From: Alphaproteobacteria bacterium
Lineage (GTDB): Bacteria > Pseudomonadota > Alphaproteobacteria > JBFXJJ01
Assembly (NCBI GenBank): GCA_050175015.1
Contig: JBFXJJ010000010.1
Location: 9,987 to 73,986 of the forward strand
Reading direction: 5' to 3'
DNA: 64,000 bases
A model generated the notes under the pieces. That model saw only the letters and a list, made by a program, of their open reading frames with translations. It did not search any database and was not told the DNA's origin. This document shows, one piece after another, positions 58,327-64,000 of this stretch (positions are counted from its first letter, which is position 1; every line of letters starts with the position of its first letter). The position numbers were made by a program, and so were the translations under genes.

Positions 58327-59484
58327 ATGAGTATGAAAGTTACAGTTCTAGGGTCAACAGGGTCAATAGGCAAAAGTACAATTGATATTTTATCTAGAAA
58401 TTTAGATGCATATGAAGTTGTTGGTTTGACAGCTAATAACAATGTTGAACTTTTGGCTGAACAGGTAAAAAATCTAAAACCTAAGTTTGCAGCCATTGCT
58501 AACAAAACTAAATATCAAGATTTAAAAGAAGCTCTAAGAGGTGAGAAAGTTGAAATTTTAGCAGGTGAAGATGCGATAGAAGATATCGCTGCAATAGATA
58601 GTGATTGGATTATGGCATCAATCGTTGGTGCCGCAGGGCTTAAACCTTTTATGAAAGCGATAAAAAAGGGCAGAGTTCTTGCTTTAGCAAACAAAGAAAC
58701 GCTTGTTTGTGCCGGTGATATCGTTATGAAAACCGTTAAGGAAAAGGGTGCAAAGCTGATTCCTGTAGATTCTGAGCATAGTGCAATTTTTCAAGTTTTA
58801 GAAAGTAACAATCACAGTAAAATAGACCGCATTCTTCTAACGGCGTCAGGTGGTCCTTTCCGTGAAAAGTCTTTAGAATATATGGCTAAAGTAACGCCTG
58901 CCGAGGCTGTTGCTCACCCTAATTGGAGTATGGGAGCAAAAATTTCAGTAGATTCGGCAACAATGATGAATAAAGGCTTAGAATTTATTGAAGCCTATCA
59001 TTTATTTAATGTTCCGCCCGAAAAAATAGAAATAGTTGTTCACCCGCAGTCGGTAATTCACAGTGCTGTATCTTATGTTGATGGCTCAGTTTTGGCTCAA
59101 ATGGGAAGCCCAGATATGAGAACTCCTATCGCTTATTCTTTATCTTACCCAGAGCGAATGACAACGCCTTCTCCTAAGCTAGACTTAACAAGTCTTGCTG
59201 CGTTGACGTTTAATAAACCCGATGAAAACCTCTTCCCTTGTATCAGAATAGCAAGAGAGTCCTTGAAACAAGGTGGTTTTGCCCCTATTGTAATGAACGC
59301 GGCTAATGAAGAAGCTGTTGCTAGCTTTTTAGCTGGCAGGATTGGTTTTTTAGATATTGCTCTTGTTGTAGAGAAGACTTTATCTCTTTCTTATGATAAT
59401 AATATCTTAAATATTGAAGATGTTGTTGCAATAGATAAAAAGGCAAGGTACGAATCAAATAATATAATTAAAACTATCTCCTAG
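58327..59484 (+). CDS. dxr: 1-deoxy-D-xylulose 5-phosphate reductoisomerase
   Basis: Start set at MSMKVTVLGSTGSIGKSTIDIL (58327). The ORF-track start at 58213 would overlap cdsA. 385 aa. Confidence 0.9.
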   Translation: MSMKVTVLGSTGSIGKSTIDILSRNLDAYEVVGLTANNNVELLAEQVKNLKPKFAAIANKTKYQDLKEALRGEKVEILAGEDAIEDIAAIDSDWIMASIVGAAGLKPFMKAIKKGRVLALANKETLVCAGDIVMKTVKEKGAKLIPVDSEHSAIFQVLESNNHSKIDRILLTASGGPFREKSLEYMAKVTPAEAVAHPNWSMGAKISVDSATMMNKGLEFIEAYHLFNVPPEKIEIVVHPQSVIHSAVSYVDGSVLAQMGSPDMRTPIAYSLSYPERMTTPSPKLDLTSLAALTFNKPDENLFPCIRIARESLKQGGFAPIVMNAANEEAVASFLAGRIGFLDIALVVEKTLSLSYDNNILNIEDVVAIDKKARYESNNIIKTIS

Positions 59485-59500
59485 TTAGGAAAAAGAACTT

Positions 59501-60640
59501 ATGGAAACACTGTCATCAATTTTCTTTCACACGGTACCTTTTATTATCGTTTTATCAATTCTAGTTTTTGTTCATGAATTAGGACACTATCTAATTGCAA
59601 AAATTTCTGGAGTTAGAATTGAAACATTCTCGATTGGTTTTGGTAAGGAAATCTTTGGTTTTAATGACAAAAGCGGAACTAGATGGAAATTTAGTATGCT
59701 GCCTCTCGGGGGTTATGTCCGTATGTTCGGTGATGCTGATGAAACCAGCACAGGTATGTCAAGCGAAGCCAAAACTTTTACAGAAGAAGAGAAAAAAGTA
59801 TCTTTTCCTCACCAATCTGCAGCTAAAAAATTAGCAATAACGGTAGCAGGACCTTTGGCTAATTATCTTTTTGCTATTTTCGCTTTAACGGTGTTGATTG
59901 CAACTTATGGCAAACCGACAGTTCCAGCAATAGTTGGTTCGGTGATAGAAAATTCAGCGTCTTTTGAAGCAGGGATTAAAACTGGAGACAGAATCGTATC
60001 CATAGACGGCAGGGAAATTGATAATTTTGCTAAACTTCAGAAAATAGTAACAAATTCGTCAGATAAAGAATTAAGTTTTGGAATTGAACGTGATGGTCAA
60101 AATTTAGAAATTAAAATGAAGCCTAGAATGACAGAAAAAGCTGATAAAGATACGGGCGTCATTACCAAAAAGCCTATGATAGGGATTGTTTCGGCTGAGA
60201 TGCTTGAGAATAATTTTGTTGTTTTGCCGTTGCATAAAGCTTTTGTCTCGGCTCTTGAATATACTTATGACATTAATTCTCATACAATTTATAGCTTATG
60301 GCAAATGGTAACTAGGCAAAAATCAGCAGAGGAGATTGGCGGGCCAATAAGGATTGCTGAATTATCTGCTAATGTTGCGACAGGTAAAAAACCTATCCCT
60401 AGTATGATTTTTTTCATTGCGGTCTTGTCAATTAACCTTGGTTTGATTAATCTTCTTCCTATCCCAATTTTAGATGGCGGCAGTATTGTCTTTTATTTTT
60501 TTGAAGGATTAAGAGGAAAACCTCTTAACGAGAAATCACAAGAATGGCTGTTTAGATTTGGTTTTTTTGTTATATTGGCATTGATGATTTTTGCTACTTG
60601 GAATGATATTTCTCGGCTTTTTAGTCGTTGGTCGTCCTAA
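59501..60640 (+). CDS. rseP: RIP zinc metalloprotease RseP (site-2 protease)
   Basis: HELGHYLIAK HExxH in TM1, a PDZ segment, and a C-terminal LPIPILDGG. Confidence 0.9.
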   Translation: METLSSIFFHTVPFIIVLSILVFVHELGHYLIAKISGVRIETFSIGFGKEIFGFNDKSGTRWKFSMLPLGGYVRMFGDADETSTGMSSEAKTFTEEEKKVSFPHQSAAKKLAITVAGPLANYLFAIFALTVLIATYGKPTVPAIVGSVIENSASFEAGIKTGDRIVSIDGREIDNFAKLQKIVTNSSDKELSFGIERDGQNLEIKMKPRMTEKADKDTGVITKKPMIGIVSAEMLENNFVVLPLHKAFVSALEYTYDINSHTIYSLWQMVTRQKSAEEIGGPIRIAELSANVATGKKPIPSMIFFIAVLSINLGLINLLPIPILDGGSIVFYFFEGLRGKPLNEKSQEWLFRFGFFVILALMIFATWNDISRLFSRWSS

Positions 60641-60655
60641 AGGATAGAAAAAAGT

Positions 60656-62950
60656 ATGCAGTTTATTAAATTAATAAAAAAGATTTTAAGTCTTGCTGTT
60701 GCAATTAACGCGTTGGTTTTAATTAATCTGGCTAATGCGGAAGAAGAGCATATTAATATTGCAGGCAAAATTATCATTGAAGGTAACCAGCGTATTGAAC
60801 CTGAAACCATTTATTCATATATGATGATTAAAGAAGGTTTGATTTATGATGCTGAAGCCATCAATAATTCCTTAAAAAATCTTTTTGCAACAGGACTTTT
60901 TGCTGATGTCAGGATAGAAACTTCTGGCGATGATTTGGTTGTCAAGGTCGTTGAAAATCCTGTTATAAACAGAATTTCTTTTGAAGGTAATACTCGTATT
61001 AAAGATGATACCTTAGCCGAGCAAACAGCTCTTAAATCAAGAGAGACTTATTCTCGAGCAAAAGTCCAAAATGATTTAGAAAGATTAATGGAAGTATACC
61101 GCAGAAGTGGTATGTTTGCGGTTACGGTTGAACCTAAAATAATTGAACGTCCTCAGAATCGTGTTGATTTGGTTTATGAAATCAATGAGGGAGCTAAAAC
61201 ATATATTAAAAAAGTTAATTTTATTGGTAATAAAAAAATCACCTCAAGTGAATTAAGAGATGTTTTGGCTACCAAAGAAAAACGTTGGTATCGCTTTTTT
61301 ACTAACTCAAGTTCATATGATCCAGAAAGACTAAATTACGATAAGGAACTTCTTAGAAGGTATTATTTGAAAAAGGGCTATGCTGACTTTAGAGTTGAGT
61401 CTTCTGTTGCCGAACTTTCGGCTGATCGCAAAGACTTTTTTGTAACGTTTACCATTACGGAAGGTGAACGGTTCCATTTTGGAAAGCTTGATATCACAAC
61501 AACTTTGCCCGAACTTAAATCCGACTCACTAAAAGAAAATGTGACTATGACTGAAGGTGAATGGTATAATGCTGAGAAAGTTGAAAATACGATTCAAAAA
61601 ATAACGGATAGTGTCGGGGCTAAGGGATATGCTTTTGTTGATGTTTCTCCTAATACTAATGTTGATAGAGAGAAGCGCATTGTCGATGTGACTTTTGCTG
61701 TTAATGAAGGCGCTAAGGTTTATGTTGATAGGGTAGATATAAGAGGAAATGTAAGAACTCTTGATAAAGTTATTAGAAGAGAAGTGCAGCTTACAGAAGG
61801 TGATGCTTTTAATACCGCAAGGCTTAGACGTTCTAATAAAAATATTGAAGATTTAAACTTCTTTTCTAAGGTTTCGATTACCCCAGAACAGTCGCCAGTT
61901 GCTAACGATAAAGTTGATATTAAGGTCGATGTTGAAGAAAAATCAACAGGTTCAATGTCCTTTGGTATTGGTTGGTCAACTAACAACGGTGGTATGGTTC
62001 AGACAGGTATTAAAGAACGTAACCTTATGGGCAAGGGGCAGGAACTTGGTGCTTCAGTGGCTTTAGCTCAGAAAAAAACCGAGTTTGATATTAGTTTTAC
62101 AGAGCCTTATTTTTTAGATAGAAAATTAAAAGCTGGTTTTGACTTGTATTATATTACCAAAGATTTACAAGACCAGAGCTCATATGATTCTAAAACAACA
62201 GGTGAATCGATTAGATTTGGCTGGGATTGGGGTGAAAATCTTAGTCAGTCAGTTAAATATACTTTATCTCAAGAAGAAATTAAAAATGTCGATGACGATG
62301 CTTCATTTTACATTAAGGAGCAGGAAGGCTCATATTTGGTTTCTTATGTTTCACAAAGTGTGTTTTATGACAGACTTGACAGCAAAGTAGATCCAACAGA
62401 AGGTTATTATGTTAAATTTGGCAATGATTTAGCCGGTATTGGCGGCGATCGTCGTTTTATCACTACAGACGTTGGGGCTGGTAAGTATATTCCAATAGGA
62501 GAAGACCTTACTTTAATGCTTTCGCTTGATGGTAAGGTTGTTAATGGCATTGGGCAAGATGTTAAGATTAATAATAGATATTTTCTTGGCGGCAATTCAT
62601 TAAGAGGATTTGAGGCTGGCGGCGTTTCAGCTAGAGATAAAGTTACTGATGACTCTCTTGGCGGTAACTGGATAGTTTATGGTACCACTGAGCTTGCTTT
62701 CCCTCTTGGTATGCCATCAGAATTAGGTGTGAGGGGGCGTGTTTTTTCAGACTTTGGAACGGTTGGCGAGCCTGATAAATATAATGCAGCAGATGTTGAT
62801 TATGCTTCTTCAATAAGGGCGTCCTTAGGTCTAGGACTTACTTGGAAATCTCCTTTAGGACCAATTAATATTGATTTTGCTAAAGCGATGAAAAAAGAAG
62901 ATTTCGATTTAACAGAAGTATTTCGTTTAAATATGGGAACAAATTTTTAA
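60656..62950 (+). CDS. bamA: Outer-membrane protein assembly factor BamA
   Basis: 764 aa. Signal peptide, POTRA repeats (INRISFEGN..., IKKVNFIGN...) and a C-terminal beta-barrel ending ...RLNMGTNF. Confidence 0.9.
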   Translation: MQFIKLIKKILSLAVAINALVLINLANAEEEHINIAGKIIIEGNQRIEPETIYSYMMIKEGLIYDAEAINNSLKNLFATGLFADVRIETSGDDLVVKVVENPVINRISFEGNTRIKDDTLAEQTALKSRETYSRAKVQNDLERLMEVYRRSGMFAVTVEPKIIERPQNRVDLVYEINEGAKTYIKKVNFIGNKKITSSELRDVLATKEKRWYRFFTNSSSYDPERLNYDKELLRRYYLKKGYADFRVESSVAELSADRKDFFVTFTITEGERFHFGKLDITTTLPELKSDSLKENVTMTEGEWYNAEKVENTIQKITDSVGAKGYAFVDVSPNTNVDREKRIVDVTFAVNEGAKVYVDRVDIRGNVRTLDKVIRREVQLTEGDAFNTARLRRSNKNIEDLNFFSKVSITPEQSPVANDKVDIKVDVEEKSTGSMSFGIGWSTNNGGMVQTGIKERNLMGKGQELGASVALAQKKTEFDISFTEPYFLDRKLKAGFDLYYITKDLQDQSSYDSKTTGESIRFGWDWGENLSQSVKYTLSQEEIKNVDDDASFYIKEQEGSYLVSYVSQSVFYDRLDSKVDPTEGYYVKFGNDLAGIGGDRRFITTDVGAGKYIPIGEDLTLMLSLDGKVVNGIGQDVKINNRYFLGGNSLRGFEAGGVSARDKVTDDSLGGNWIVYGTTELAFPLGMPSELGVRGRVFSDFGTVGEPDKYNAADVDYASSIRASLGLGLTWKSPLGPINIDFAKAMKKEDFDLTEVFRLNMGTNF

Positions 62951-62951
62951 C

Positions 62952-63521
62952 ATGAAAAAAATATTTTATTTTGTTTGTTTAACTATGCTTATGGCAAATG
63001 TTAAATTAGCTGCAGCAGAAGAAGCTGTAGCATCTAATAATGGCAAATATGCTGTTATTGGTGTCGTGAATTTATTAAAAATTCAATCAGAAGCTAAAAT
63101 TTATAAAGATATAAAGACAAAAAGAGATTCTTATATTGAAAAATATAAAAATGAAGTTGCTAAAAAAGAACAGGAATTCAGAAAAATAGATCAAGAGCTT
63201 GCAGAAGAAGCAAAATCTGGTTCAACCCCAGAATTAGAAAAGAAGAAGGAAAATTTTGTAAATCAGCTTAGAGAATTCCAAAGCAAGGTTCAAAAAAGAA
63301 GTGAGAAAATAGGGGAAACGTTTATCAAGACTACATCTAAAGTCCAAATTGAAGCTTTGGCTCCAATTATTGAAAAAGTAGCAGAAGAGAGAGGCGTTAA
63401 TCTTGTATTGAATAATGCTCAAATTATTTTCTTTGCTCCTTCTATGGATATGACCGATGAAGTTTTAACTAGATTGGATAAAAAAATATCAAGCATAGAT
63501 TTTCCCGATCCTGATAAATAG
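62952..63521 (+). CDS. skp: OmpH/Skp-family periplasmic chaperone
   Basis: Signal peptide, then a Lys/Glu-rich coiled-coil protein of 189 aa between bamA and lpxD. Confidence 0.75.
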   Translation: MKKIFYFVCLTMLMANVKLAAAEEAVASNNGKYAVIGVVNLLKIQSEAKIYKDIKTKRDSYIEKYKNEVAKKEQEFRKIDQELAEEAKSGSTPELEKKKENFVNQLREFQSKVQKRSEKIGETFIKTTSKVQIEALAPIIEKVAEERGVNLVLNNAQIIFFAPSMDMTDEVLTRLDKKISSIDFPDPDK

Positions 63522-63586
63522 TTAAAATTAAAAAAGGATTGGTTTTAACTTTAAGATAGACAACCCAAAAAGAAGAAAGCGTTCAA

Positions 63587-64000
63587 ATGCCCGATAGTCG
63601 TTTTTTTAAACCAGAAAAAGGAATAAGCTTAAAAAGGCTTGCAGAAATAGCTGATTGCAGATTGGCGGATGGTGTTAATCCTGATTTTATGATTAATAAT
63701 GTTGCTAGTCTGCAATCAGGAAAAGAAGATGAAATTGCATTTTTTGATAATAAAAAAATGCAGGATATTTTTAAAAACAGCCAAGTAAAAGCTTGTATTG
63801 TAAAAGATGATTTTAAAAATGACGCTTTCGGCAAGTTTTTGCTTTTTAGTGCAAAGCCGCAAAGTTCTTTTGTGGCGGTTGCCAATTACTTCTACCCTCA
63901 AAAAAGCAAGATGGGCATCTCTGAACAAGCTGTCGTTTCTAAACAGGCTAAGCTTGGTCAAAACTGCTTGGTTGAAGCTGGAGTTGTAATTGAAGATGGG
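63587..64000 (+). CDS. lpxD: UDP-3-O-acylglucosamine N-acyltransferase, N-terminal part; the gene runs off the right edge
   Basis: The ATG at 63587 gives MPDSRFFKPEKGISLKRLAEIADCRL...VASLQSGKEDEIAFFDNKK, the LpxD N-terminus. It is not in the ORF track because it is open at the edge. Confidence 0.8.
   Translation, partial: MPDSRFFKPEKGISLKRLAEIADCRLADGVNPDFMINNVASLQSGKEDEIAFFDNKKMQDIFKNSQVKACIVKDDFKNDAFGKFLLFSAKPQSSFVAVANYFYPQKSKMGISEQAVVSKQAKLGQNCLVEAGVVIEDG

Overview
This is an AT-rich window (by eye about 30% GC, lower in the accessory parts) from an LPS-producing diderm bacterium. The conserved block rpsB-tsf-pyrH-frr-uppS-cdsA-dxr-rseP-bamA-skp-lpxD (53.5-64 kb), together with gltB, parE and tRNA-Glu, looks proteobacterial and is most reminiscent of an alphaproteobacterial chromosome. 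The redox genes, however, are of anaerobe type: a Desulfovibrio/Clostridium-like short-chain flavodoxin, split transketolase subunits and an NfnAB/SudAB-like pair.

Left end (1-830): the N-terminal part of a P4-type tyrosine integrase, three GGGGCTAC arm-type repeats, and a tRNA 3'-end-like core carrying its own terminator. Together these mark the junction of an integrated element. Next to it lies a very AT-rich accessory segment (about 0.86-6.95 kb). It carries two small hydrophobic-protein genes and an operon of a zincin-like (HExxH) protein plus two signal-peptide proteins built from roughly 150-aa repeat units with a DxNxDG loop. It ends in a truncated duplicate of the 3' end of the large repeat gene.

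Middle (12.9-34.5 kb): a large surface-glycan locus (O-antigen or capsule-like). It contains gmd-fcl, a PglK/MsbA-like fused ABC exporter, four SAM methyltransferases, a GT11-like fucosyltransferase, four GT4 and one GT2 glycosyltransferases, Wzz, a Wzy/O-antigen-ligase-like membrane protein, a CapA-like metallophosphatase, a TupA-like ATP-grasp protein, and an MBOAT/SGNH O-acylation pair.

34.7-41.6 kb is a tightly packed 10-gene minus-strand operon of unclear function. It contains a flavodoxin, a His/Cys-rich small protein, a methyltransferase, an esterase, split transketolase, an unknown 337-aa protein, a CbiF-like tetrapyrrole-methylase-family protein and RidA.

The window also holds manB-manC-galE and an MFS-like transporter. 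No CRISPR array, restriction system or rRNA was seen.
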